From NCBI RefSeq assembly GCF_001194135.2, contig NC_068999.1:2940975-3004974 (forward strand): a stretch of DNA of 64,000 bases, in the 5' to 3' direction. Numbering within the stretch: position 1 is the first letter of the stretch; each line of letters starts with the position of its first letter. Both the position numbers and the translations under genes were made by a program. Origin of the DNA: Octopus bimaculoides (Eukaryota). Positions 14,100-26,383 of the stretch are shown here, piece after piece. The notes under the pieces were generated by a model that was not told the DNA's origin, did no database searches, and worked only from the letters and a program-made list of their open reading frames with translations.

Positions 14100-14745
14100 G
14101 ACTTTCTAATTATGTCTCCTTTTAAGAAAATGCATTTCTGATCTGTATATTCTTCTCAAGTCCAGCGTGGATGTTTTCTTTTGTAATTGCTAAGAATAGT
14201 TCTCACTTTTGTAGGTCATACTGCTTGTCAGTCTCACATCTTTCAAACATTTAATAATTTTTACCATTTCAATGTGACCCTATGACAATCTCTCCATCTC
14301 AAACCCCATCAAACCAGTCCTTTTATTTCTCTTCATTAGATCATTTATCATTTTCAAATATCGAACGCAGTACAAGCGTGTATCTCTTTAGCAGGCCGAC
14401 ACAGTGGAGAGAAGAAGACACGTAACCGAGAGATTTATATAATTTGACACTAATATCCCGCTTACAATCAACAAATGTGCTTCTGTTCGTAACAATATCC
14501 TATTTACTATTTACCGTCTTCACCTTTTCCCCACACTTCGATTTAAAGCTTAGAATTTCATTGATTTTCCCATCCAAACCAAATTCTTCCTGAATGATTG
14601 TGATTAAACCGTCAACGAAATGTTCAAAGTTGACATATTTCCACAAATATCTCCATTTACTCAACAACATTCTTCAACACTCTTCTGTCGATTTACAAAA
14701 GAGAAACAGATCTTCCTCTGACGAGGCCACAAGACGGCTTTTGAT
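14100..14745 (-). pseudogene. Decayed paralog of the 276-aa orphan ORF
   Basis: Minus-strand frame ...EEC*RMLLSKWRYLWKY...GLITIIQ...INEILSFKSKCGEKVK...KLYKSLGYVSSSLHCVGLLKRYTLVLRSIFENDK*, then a frameshift to KRNKRTGLMGFE...QLQK. It is colinear by eye with the 20485-21315 protein. Contains several stops. Confidence 0.4.
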
Positions 14746-16090
14746 TCTTTATCTGCCGTTAGGTCATTGCCGAAAACTTTACCTTTGGGTAGCGGACGTT
14801 GGTGAGATATCATACTGACGGACTCGAGGTTACTGACACATACTAGCAATAAATAAAATGGAATGGTTCCATTTGCCATCAAACCATTATTGTAAACTGG
14901 ATGCGAGCTTCAACCATCACTCAACAACGACTGTCATATTTCTGTATTGACCAGAGGCGGGAAAACTTTTTATTGTTGACGATGACAACATGGTGTAAAG
15001 TAACAAGGCAATATTCTTGTAATATTTTATTAAATATACACAAAAAAGGTGTCATTACAGTTATTGTGAAAACGTTATTGCCAATAGTAAAGAAAATAAA
15101 AATGCAAACAAACTTTTTAATAGCTTATTTTTTAAATAATTTAAGAAGATTAAAATAAATATTTTATTGTAGAATCACCAAAACGGTATTTCCTTATGTA
15201 AAATCCAGTCAACTACAAGACTCCACTTAAGAACTACAAAAGACAGCAGATTCGCCTTTCGTCGTCCAGTCTAACATTATTGACATTATGCGATGTCTTG
15301 TCATATTTTGTTGTGACCTGGGCATTTTGAAAACCTGCTAGGAATATTTTAACGTTTCATTTCAATATCTTTAGAAATCTTTCAAAATGTCGACTCCAGT
15401 AAATATGTAAAGACGAAATGGAGAAATAGCTTTATGTCAATCATTAATCAACGTTACATCACTCCCCACTCGACATTGCATCACTCACTACACAACAATG
15501 CATCACACATTACTCAACATGCGTACATGGGAACATAACTACACATGTACATATATAGACGCACGCAGACACAGCTACTTACCTATTTATACACAGACAT
15601 GTGTGTGTGTGTGTGTGTGTGCGTGTGCGTACATATATATATANNNNNNNNNNNNNNNNNNNNNNNNNNNNNNNNNNNNNNNNNNNNNNNNNNNNNNNNN
15701 NNNNNNNNNNNNNNNNNNNNNNNNNNNNNNNNNNNNNNNNNNNNNNNNNNNNNNNNNNNNNNNNNNNNNNNNNNNNNNNNNNNNNNNNNNNNNNNNNNNN
15801 NNNNNNNNNNNNNNNNNNNNNNNNNNNNNNNNNNNNNNNNNNNNNNNNNNNNNNNNNNNNNNNNNNNNNNNNNNNNNNNNNNNNNNNNNNNNNNNNNNNN
15901 NNNNNNNNNNNNNNNGTATAGAATATGGAATATACAATATATAATATGATATACAATATACAATATAAAATAAAATAAAATAAAAATGGATGGCACCATG
16001 AAAGAAAGTATTGAATGTAGATGAAATATTGAGTGTTCAATATAAAGGATCAAATATATAAATATATAAATATAAATATATATATATAAA

Positions 16091-16130
16091 GGCGACTCGA
16101 GTTTCAGGGCTATTTCCCTTCGTCATGGCC
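16091..16130 (-). ncRNA. Minimal type I hammerhead motif with a 1-nt core insertion
   Basis: Minus strand: GGC-C(A)UGACGA-AGGG(AAAUAG)CCCU-GAAA-CUCGAG-UC-GCC. Perfect palindromic stem III ACUCGAGU and GUC triplet. Confidence 0.5.
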
Positions 16131-16380
16131 GGTATGACAGACTTTACTGTATATATACACAGACACACACACGCACACGCAGACATACACAAATACACAC
16201 ACACACACATACTATACAGTGTGTGGGATAAATTTGACAATTTCTTACGTTTCCTTTTTCCAAAGACAGCTTGATTTATTGGTCAAAGGCGTTGGAGAGC
16301 ATTGAGATAAAAGACATAGTTGAGAAAATGCTTGGTGACACAGAGGACCAGAAGCCATCAGCATATTCGCTTGAAAGTTT

Positions 16381-16815
16381 GGCACAAGACGAGCAATTTC
16401 GAGGGAAGGGGCTAAGTCGATTGCATCGACCCCAGTGTATCACTGGTACTTGTTTCATCGATCTCAAAAGGATGAAAGGCAAAGTGGACCTCGACGAAGT
16501 TTGAACTCAGAACGTAAAGACAGACGAAATGCCGCTAAGCAATTCGCTCGGCGTGTTAACGACTCTGCCAGCTCACCGCCTTAAAGCTATCTAAATATTC
16601 TTTTCTACTCTAGACACACAAGGCCCGAAATTTGGGGGGAGGGAGCCAGTCAGTTATATCGACACCAGTACGCAACTGGTACTTAATTTATCGACCCCGA
16701 AAGGATGAAAGCCAAAGTCGACCACGCCAGAATTTGAACTCAGAACGTAAAGATAGACGAAATGCCGCTAAGCATTTTGGCCGGCGTGCAAACGATTCTG
16801 CCAGCTCGCCGCCTT
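16381..16815 (-). mobile_element. Two tandem tRNA-derived SINEs (family B)
   Basis: Each reads ggcggtgagctggcagaatcgtt...gttctgagttcaaa...gtcgactttgcctttcatcc on the minus strand. A 17-bp direct repeat aaagctatctaaatatt flanks the second copy. Confidence 0.85.
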
Positions 16816-16846
16816 AAAGCTATCTAAATATTGGAAAACAATTATC

Positions 16847-17170
16847 AGGCGTAGGAGTGGCTATGTGGTAAGTAGCTTGCTTACCAACCACATGGCTTCG
16901 GGTTCAGTCCCACTGCGTGACACCTTGGGCAAGTGTCTTCTACTATAGCCTCGGGCCGACCAAAGCCTTGTGAGTAGATTTGGTTTGTCCCCCACCATCA
17001 CTTGACAACCGACGTTGGTGTATTTACGTCCCCGTCACTTAGCGATTCGGCACAAAGATTCCGATAGAATAAGTACTAGGCTGACAAAGAATAAGTCCTG
17101 GAGTCGATTTGTTCGACTGAAGGCGGTGCTCCAGCATGGCCGCAGTCAAACTGACTGAAACAAATAAAAG
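16847..17170 (+). mobile_element. tRNA-derived SINE (family A)
   Basis: A box gtggctatgtggtaag and B box gggttcagtcc. Homologous copies at 36883-37155 (+), 11550-11712 (-), 29440-29545 (-) and 55880-55990 (-). Confidence 0.85.
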
Positions 17171-17366
17171 AATAGAAAGAGAGAGACAGAGAGAAAGAGC
17201 GAGAGAGAGAGAGATACAGACACACACACACACAAATAAATACATATGCACACATGTACGTGATGCGAATGCATATATATGTACTACACATGAGCACACA
17301 CACACATCAATAGATAAACATATATATAGATGTAGGTATGTACATATATGTATGGATATATGCATA

Positions 17367-17405
<39 letters not shown>

Positions 17406-17629
17406 TCGCGGTTTAATTAAACAATCTCTCAGTATGTATGCATGCCCGTATTGTACATATATATAAGTACGTATGCATATTTACGTGTGTATGTAGACAC
17501 AAAAGACAAAGATAGGCAAAGAGAGAGAGAGAGAAAGAGCTGTAGAGAGTGAATAGAGAAAGGACTGAGTGGGAGAGAGAGAAAGAGAGAAGCACGTGTG
17601 AGTCTCGGTAGAGCGTTCGTAAGCAGAGT

Positions 17630-18000
17630 CGCACACACAGACACAAAGCACATGTTCACACACGCATTTCAAATGGTAAGCCTTACAAAGCACACCCCCC
17701 CCCACACACCCACACGTAGACACACGCCCTCACAGACACTCACACACACACACACACGCGTGTAATCACGCATGTACACATGCACTCACAAATACACCCA
17801 TTCGCGCGCGCACACACACACATACACACACACGCACGCACACGTACTCACATGTACATCTACACAACACACACACTCAAGCACACTCACGCACACATGT
17901 CCGCACATTCACTCACTCACACACACCTAAGCACACCCACGCATACACTCACAAATGTACACACCATAGGTACTCACAAACTCTCACTCATAAGCGCACG

Positions 18001-18036
<36 letters not shown>

Positions 18037-18150
18037 AACCCGAACACTCGCCGTACACACGTATACACATACACACAGAAGCACACACAAGTACACACGC
18101 ACATACGTACACAAATACAAACATATATACACACACGTGTGTATACACAC
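17630..18150. repeat. Degenerate (CA)-rich low-complexity tract
   Basis: Seen directly in the sequence. Confidence 0.85.
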
Positions 18151-18875
18151 AAATTTTCTTAAGAGAGGCATGAACCTCACATACTCACATTCCTCCTTTT
18201 GGATCAAGATATCCAACAGGAAAAGCCGACACAACAGAGGAAAATTCTCTCAGACTTTAACAAAATCCTTTTATTTCTATAGCTAATAGAAAGAGATGAA
18301 CGCCACTACATCCATTTTACTTCCCACACTGCGAAAGACATCCCAAAACGGCAGATCCACCAATTTTATTTTTGCAAATCTCAATGTGTCTATTTTAGTA
18401 ACAAGAATCTGTTTCGACAGAAAACCATTTTCTGTCAAATTCTAGTTTTTATGGCAGACAATAATGAATGGGAGGTAACTCTTATTTACCTATCTCACCA
18501 GCCCCGACTTAGAACCAGAAATATTCCAGCCGTGGCCATCCTGTCTTTATATGCACAGGATCATATTCTGCTAGATGTTTTTTTTTTAATTTTAAAACAC
18601 ATTTGGATAGGAATTTAAGGGCATTTGGCTACTATTTCTAGACCCAAACCTTTGATATTTTTCAGTTTCGTCGGCTTCTTTATATCCTGCTATCTCAACT
18701 TGCAATTAAAGGTAGTTGGAGAATAGCACAGAAAGTACAAAGACCCAGTATTCGGTAATGGTATTATGTAATTGTAGAGGAAAGAGAGGATGAGGAGGAG
18801 AAGGAAGAGGAGTTTCCAATCTTTATGAAGCATTAATCAAACGCCTTGTTATCCCTCAGGGGTCTTCTGTTTAAA

Positions 18876-18933
18876 AGGTCAAAGGTGAAAGGTCACTGAT
18901 AATAATTCAGACGACCTTGAGTCAAATGAGTCA
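18876..18933. promoter_or_regulatory. Candidate enhancer: tandem DR1 nuclear-receptor site plus two AP-1 sites
   Basis: AGGTCA-a-AGGTGA-a-AGGTCA at 18876-18895; TGAGTCA at 18918-18924 and 18927-18933. Confidence 0.35.
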
Positions 18934-20484
18934 CGGAAACAGTTTTCCGTGGTTGCTAAATCTGCTAGAAATAGCAGCCAAATCATCCTCAAATTGTGCT
19001 CAACTACTTTAGAAACGGACACGTTGGATGATGTGACACTTGCTTTCCTCTACAGACAGAATATATATATATGGGATGGTCAGCGGCTGGAATGTCTTTG
19101 GTCATTGACTTGGCGGTTCAATGCTGATCTGGAGCCAAACAACAACAGCAACAGCTTTGAATCAATAAATATCAATAACTCTTAACTGTATCGATAAAGA
19201 ACCAATCCAGATTATAGAGCGTTAATCTGTTAATCCCAGCTCAATATTTTCGTCTCACGTGGAAGTCCATGTGGCGTTTCTATTAAACACACGTTGTTGT
19301 TTAGATCAAGGTTGGTCCTGGCCCAGCACCCTACTATCAAAGGCGTCTCAGCCGTGACCACCCCATCATCTAGTTTATATATTCAGGTCTAAAAATTCCT
19401 TGAGATGTTAAGATAGCTTTCTGGGAATGGCAAGTGGATTCTAATAAGTTATAGTTGCGTCAATGATAATAATAATAATAATAATATTATGGCAGAGCAG
19501 GTCCAAAAAAAAAACAGAAATTGGAATTGACATGAGGACCGAGCAGACCCCCCCCCCAAAAAAAAAACTGTTGTTTTGGGGACAGCCAGGATTTTGAGAT
19601 TGGTGCTTGGGTGTTGAGTGTTCTCCATGATACTTTAACATCCAGATCCCAAAGCTTATAATTTGCAGAAAGAGACCCTGTGAGACCTCTGACTACAGGT
19701 TGCTGTCCACTCTCACAGAATCAGCCAGAGAAAGTAAGACCGAAAGCTCTGAGAAGTGAAATAATGATAATAAAAATCCTCTAAAAAACCGAATTTTTAA
19801 AAACAGTGTCTGGGAGACTAAGAGACAAAAGCTAAAGGCATTTACGTTTCAAAAGCAAAAGGTAATTTTTTTACAAAGAATTCCAAAGCAAGAAGAAAAT
19901 ATCTAGCATTTTTGTTTTAATACAAGATTCCAGATTATGATTCTTGTGTTCTTATATTGGTCGGAACCTATTTTAGAGCGCTCATAGAAACATGATAAAA
20001 GATTTCCTTGTTATCAAAACAGAACAAACAATTTATGTTAAAAAGAACAAACACAACAATATGATATGATGGTCAGATCAATATATTATACAAATATATA
20101 TTTACAGTGAAATAATTTCAGATAGAAAGAAAATTATGATTTATCATATTTAAGTTACATATTATTAAAAAAAATAACTCCTTCTACATACCACATCTAT
20201 ATCAGAGTGAAGAAAGGGAGTTTATAAACATTTTGATCTCCATTATTTATTTATGGGTTTCAGCCAAGTGGCTGTGGTCATGCTGGAGCACCACCGTGAT
20301 GACTTTTATAAGGTGTCTAGGGAGGATGGAGACCTTTTGTGTCCAAGAAGGTATCATATATAAAATATTGAGGAGTGAAAGTTGTTAATAGATACAAGGG
20401 ATGTTTATTAGCCCCAGTTGGAAATCGAAAGTGAACCAAGAGCTCCATTAGAAACTGACCCTTGAAACACTCGACAACACAAAA

Positions 20485-21315
20485 TTATTTTAATTTAAAT
20501 AATTTTTGGGCTCGCATTTTCTTCACAGAGGATTTGATATCAGTCAATAAATCGTGAAATATTACTTCGTCTTCGCGTTGTTTCAGAGAATTACCTAAAG
20601 AATGGTCGAAATGAGAATTAAGTTCGAATTCACCAGAATTATCCGAATCATGGGAACCGAGATCGATTTCGGAGAGGGAATTCTCTGAATGCACTTCCAA
20701 GGTTTCTGAATTGTCCGAAATATGAGCGAATAATGCTTCAAAATATACAATGGCAATCATCTTCTGTAAAGTGAACTGTATGTCTCTTTCGACGTCGGAA
20801 TGGGTCGAACGTAAATAATTGTAAACTTTCTGAGTGTTTTTCACTGAATCAAAACTGCTCAACCCTTTCTTTCGTCTTCTCCATTCATCTTCGTGAACGA
20901 TTCTTAAACTTAGCTTCAAGATGTGAATACATTCCGAAGTGAAACCTAAAATATCTAAGACATCTGCCATCAATTTCTGGGTTTTGGCATCGTTTCGCAA
21001 TGTAAAGAGAGAATATTCTTGATTCATAGTCTCATCTTTTTCTTTCATCTGGTCACTGATGGCTGTAAAAAATATTAGCAGATAATCCATTAATTGTAGC
21101 GATTCCTCATTACCACCTTTCAAGATGATTAAAAGACTTGTTAATTGATTTAATTCCCGTATTTTATCAATGTATAAGTCCATGTATTCTCCAATATCCA
21201 ATACACGTTCTTCAATTTTTTCAAATTTCCGTTTGAGTTTGCTGATTATATATTCCAGTTGGTCGAGTCTTTGAGGTACTTTGGAATGCTCGAAGTAGTA
21301 GCAAGTATTGGCCAT
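20485..21315 (-). CDS. Uncharacterised 276-aa predicted alpha-helical protein (orphan); probably the last or only coding exon
   Basis: 831-nt open frame in unique AT-rich sequence with protein-like composition. An acceptor (tttcacag) ends at 21360 and the frame stays open for 14 codons upstream of the ATG. AATAAA on the minus strand at 20404-20409. No family recognised. Confidence 0.65.
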   Translation of the reverse strand: MANTCYYFEHSKVPQRLDQLEYIISKLKRKFEKIEERVLDIGEYMDLYIDKIRELNQLTSLLIILKGGNEESLQLMDYLLIFFTAISDQMKEKDETMNQEYSLFTLRNDAKTQKLMADVLDILGFTSECIHILKLSLRIVHEDEWRRRKKGLSSFDSVKNTQKVYNYLRSTHSDVERDIQFTLQKMIAIVYFEALFAHISDNSETLEVHSENSLSEIDLGSHDSDNSGEFELNSHFDHSLGNSLKQREDEVIFHDLLTDIKSSVKKMRAQKLFKLK

Positions 21316-23577
21316 TCTTTGAAAAATGTATCCATTGCAAGCAGCATCAAGAAATAAGTCTGTGAAATATATTTTGGTTGGTTTTAACTGGACTTAAAAC
21401 AAACAAAAAGGCATCTTTTTAGAAGGAAATGGTTTCATGACGAAAATGTTTTTTTAGATATTTCAGGTATTTTTTACTTGATGTATTCAGAATCTGGTTT
21501 TAAATATTCCACGTCAGTATCCACAAACACTGTAAACGATTTTATTTGAAATAAATGTCTTTTGTTTTATAAACGAAATGTTTAGCAATTTTTCTAAAGT
21601 AAAGAAAGTTTGTTTTAAGTCTCTCAACCAACATGTATGACTGGTGTCATACATGACTGAATCTAAATTTATATAAATGTTTGAAATATTCCAAAAGCGA
21701 GAGATTACAGGGGTAATGTCCAGTCATGAGATATTCTGGATTTGCCGAGTTAGCTTAAAATACGAGTTATTTTTGACAAAATGTTTCCCACATTTTCTGT
21801 TTATGTTGTGTCTAAGTCTCCTTCACAACACTCAAATAATCCCGTCATGCATTAACCTTCGTTAAGCGGATTAAGTAATAAATAAATAAATAAATAAATA
21901 AATGAGAACTTGCTTTATTAAATATTTATTTGTTTGTCAATTGTGAAATCTAATTCAGGAGTTCTGCTCCACAAGCCACAACTACTCTACTGGTCTCGGT
22001 CCCGGGGGATTTTAGTTCAGTATCAACCTGTCCCTTTGTCCTTTAGCTACTCAAAAGACCTAATACGGCCAGGATTTTGACTCTCAATTCTGAATGACCA
22101 TCACAACATCATTCTTCTATAAAGTTAAATAAATTTTGCACCCGTTAGCGTGGGGGGGGGGGACTCTATCGGGTAACGTTGTGATGTTACGACGTGAAGT
22201 GGTAATTCTTATCTCCCTGGCTAGAACGTTCACCTCCGTCCAAGGACAACTTCACATCATCTACTTCGTGTCATCTCTTCCTCCAGGGAAATTTAAAAGA
22301 AAGTCTAGTGTCTTAGGTACACAATAAAACAAATGGTGGTGGCGGCGGGTACAAAAGTAGTTTCATTTCTACATCAACACCGTCCACTCGGTCATTAAGA
22401 GAGCGACCAGTTGATAGTTTTGTTATGACGGTTAAAAGCTGAGACAAAGAAGGACCAGTTTCGATTTGGAGTTGCTGCTGCTGCTGTTGTTGGTGATGAT
22501 GGTGATGATGATGATGATGATGATGAAGATGTTTTAACAGTAATGATGGCAGTATTCCTTCTTTCATGGTAATAATAAAACTGTTCCACATACAATCAAC
22601 TCCTTCATTCAGTCTATGGTGGGGGTCATTCAGACACTACCACACACACACACACACACACACCTGGATAAAAAAATAAATAATACCATAAATATTTAAA
22701 AGTAGATCAAATTTGGGATTAAAACCTCTTTATACCTTTCTTATCATGGTGGGAACGGCAGCATTATACCAAGTAATAATAATAATAATAATAATCCTTT
22801 CTGTTATAAGCACAAGACTTGAAATTTTGGGGGAGGGAGCCTGTTAATTAAGTTTGACCCCAATGCCCAACTTGTACTTATTTCACTGACCTCAAAAAGG
22901 TGAAAGGTAAAACCACCATAATAATTGTTTCAAAAAAAATGAACACAAAGCCTGGAATTTGAAAGAAAGTCAATAACACTGACCTCAATACATAACTGGT
23001 ATTTTCTTTTCACTGACACCTCTAAAATATAGGATAAGAAGACTTAGGTATGATTTGAACTCAGAACGTAGAGAGCTGGAAGTAAATAGAACCAGCCTTA
23101 GTGTCTGGTGTTCCAGTGATTCTTCCGGTTCATCACCGTTGTTAGAACTAATCCTAATAATTAGGAGATTTTTGTCTTTCAGGCATTAGCTGTGTCAACG
23201 TTCGTTCTGAGAAATATGAGATTAACACAAAACATTACTATCACGACACACACAATCCCAAGCATTTATAATAAATAACATGGTGAGATTCTGTGGTGTT
23301 CATGCTCACCTGTGGAGATATTAGGGTTTCAGTTGGAAGACAATTTTAATGTACAGCAATAATTACACCTGTACATGTTGTTGTTGTTGTTGTTGTTTAG
23401 CCACAGGTCAGAATTTATCTAACAGACCTCTATTGAAAGGTATTCCTACCAGGACCATCCTGTCTCTTTAGAAGGATCAAAGAAACAGTAAATAATGCTT
23501 TTTCCTCATTCAAGACAGCAGAATTTGATTTGTAAGGGAGTTAGCTACTATTTCTAGCAGGTGGAAGCCTTCCTCTG

Positions 23578-23611
<34 letters not shown>

Positions 23612-24698
23612 TTCGTGTCGGTGGGGGTGGTTGCAGGATGCGGGGGTTACCAGCTGTAAGCTTCAGGCTAATCCATATATTTAACAAACTGGTATTTTAG
23701 CCAGGGAAGTCCTAATATTTATTGCTACATTAATCTTTAAGAAGATTATCTACGAATTATCTCAGCATGATTATAAATGCCTATCAAAGAGATTAGACCA
23801 GAATATTGGTAAAAAACATGCAAAGATACACACACAGTATGCATTTATGTATGTATTTAGACACACATATACATATGCATACATACATACATACATAGAA
23901 ACATATACATACGTGCATACACATATATGTATATGCATCTCTTTCTCTCTGTATATATATATATATATATATGTATGTGTATATGTATTCATATAATCCA
24001 GCATGAAAAATTGTCAAAATAGAGATAACATACAAATAACACACACGCACGCACACACACACACACATGCACACACACAGAGTAACACTAATGCATACAA
24101 CCTTTGCGTTTTTTTCAGTAAGAAACTAGTCAACACTTCTTTCTAACAAACAAAACTCCATTGCTGAAATTTAGACAACAATAACATTGAAGAAATAAAA
24201 ATTGGTTTGAAATTTTGGAACAAAACCAGCAGCTTTGGTGAGAGGCTAACTCGATTACATTAACCCCAAAGCACAACTTGTATTTTATTGATTCCGTGGC
24301 ATGGAGTGGACGTTTTGACCAAAGCTGGCAAACAGGAGGGCTACACTAGGTTTCGGTTTGTTTTCTACAGCTGGATGCCCTTCCTAACGCCAACCTTTCT
24401 ACTGAGTGTCCAGGGTTATTTTTACATGTTACTGTTACATTCCCTCTCTCTGTAGTTCTTGTTCTCCTTCAATGCCCTTTTTTCGGACACCTTCTTGTGG
24501 TTCTATTCTTCTACATTTTCTGTTTTTCTCTAAACTTCAAAATAACCAAATTTATGTTCCTCTTTCTATTATTTCCTGCCCTGCAGAACTTTATCTTTTC
24601 CCATCCTTTTTTTGATTTTCAGCAAAACACTAAATATTCCTTTCATTCTTGTATTTCGTTTGCAAGATTCTTTATGTGAATTTGTGTGTTGAAACATA

Positions 24699-24832
24699 TT
24701 TTATTGTGTCTGGGAAGAGTTATTCTCCTTTAGTGCCTTATTATTTCAAACACTCACCAGTTCATTCAAACCAGTGAGTGTGTTAAATAATAAGGCACTG
24801 AAAGACAATGACTCTCCCCAGACACAATAAAA
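24699..24832. repeat. Palindromic hairpin element, about 59-bp arms and 16-nt loop
   Basis: ttttattgtgtctgggaagag...aaacactcac / gtgagtgtg...ctctccccagacacaataaaa. Confidence 0.75.
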
Positions 24833-24899
24833 CTAAATATTCCTGTTTCCTTTTCTTTCTTTCTATTTGCAGTCAATTTTTTCTCTCTGCAAACGTTCA

Positions 24900-25130
24900 A
24901 ATTTTGTGTCTACATGTCCCAGTAGCTTCCAGGGTGGTGACACCATCAGATTGAGAGATTCTCTTGGAAATTGTCAAACTGTTGTACTGGGGGATGTTAC
25001 CTCCAAAGTCAGACACAGCAGCATCCTTGTGAAAGTCTACTTGAGCAAAGCAAATGTTTTGGAAAGAATTAACTACAAAGACATTATTAAACTGATGGAC
25101 CAAGTAACGAAAGTGTGTATTTGGAGAGCG
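24900..25130 (+). mobile_element. Degenerate non-LTR reverse transcriptase fragment
   Basis: SSFQGG...ILVKVYLSKANVLERINYKDIIKLM resembles RT motifs Q..F..GR and L.K.DLSKAFDRV. Identified by eye only. Confidence 0.35.
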
Positions 25131-26383
25131 TGGGGGTGTTTCAGCCAAGTTAATCACAGACAGACCTAGTTTAGGTGAGATGCTGTGAGGCTTCTGCGTC
25201 TAAACAAATAACTGACGCGGCTAAGGGAAACAACCCCGCTTTTTTTCTTTTTTTTTTGCTAACAAATCATTTAAACCAAACATTTGGAGAATTTTTTGTT
25301 TCAAACAATCGTAAGATGGACTTAGAAACAAAAGATACCAGGAGGCATGGAAGAGAATTTAGTTCTGTAATTTATTATCATTATTGTAATCTACTAACAT
25401 AAAAATAATGAGTCACACATCAATATGGACAAGATATATATATAAAAGTAGGGAGACAAGTCCAGGTAGATTATATATATATATATATATATACGCACAC
25501 CAATTATTTTTTTACTGGCTTCAGTCATTTGACAGTGGCCAAGCTGGGGCACTACTTTCAGGGTTTTTATTCAGTCAGAGCAACCCAAGTATAGACTTTA
25601 TCAAATAAATTTCTTGGTTAGTTAACCTTTTAACTTAATACAGGTCACATTCTAACTTGCACACACACACACGCTCAGTTTCTTTTTACCAAAAAGGCAT
25701 TGGTTAATCATTATCATCATTTTACATCCACTTTCCACACTGGAATGGGTTTGGCAGGTTGTCACAATCCAACTAACCCTCACCCCCACAGAGGCTAGGT
25801 ACACACAACATAACTAACCAGCTTAACTCTAAAATAAAAGTTACTTGGCCCAATGAGCAGTGGAGGGAGATCAAACCTACAACCATGTGATTACACATTA
25901 AACATTTTCACCATACACTTACACCTACAATGACTAAATTTTCTTATTTTCCAAGTATGTTTCAGCCTTATTCTGGCCTCATCACCAAAGCATATCCTGC
26001 ACTGTACTTATCAAAACAGTAAAGAAAGACTCACTAATTCTGAACATTGATTAAAGAGTTTTAATTATATTTTCATTATTTAATATTCCTTTATTGATTT
26101 TAAACTTACAATCATTTATTTTCCATTTTTAAAATAGTTAATCCATGCAGACTCTGTTTCATCTTTGGTAAATCTTTAAACATTTATCAACATCTTTAAT
26201 CTCTGTTATCTTATTACAATTAGTCACTTTTATTACTTTACTGAAACACATTTAGAGATATTGGTAACTCTACTGCCTCATCAATGAAATAAACTGGTGA
26301 CCTCAAACATGTGTAATAGATTTTATTGATCAAATAAAGATCTTAACAAATAAATTTGGGATATTTTGGAAATGTGAGAGAAA

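Noticed and set aside
14661-14882. 73-aa ORF resembling a secreted peptide
   Set aside because: It overlaps the decayed paralog region in another frame, with weak signal-peptide character and no supporting splice or polyA context.
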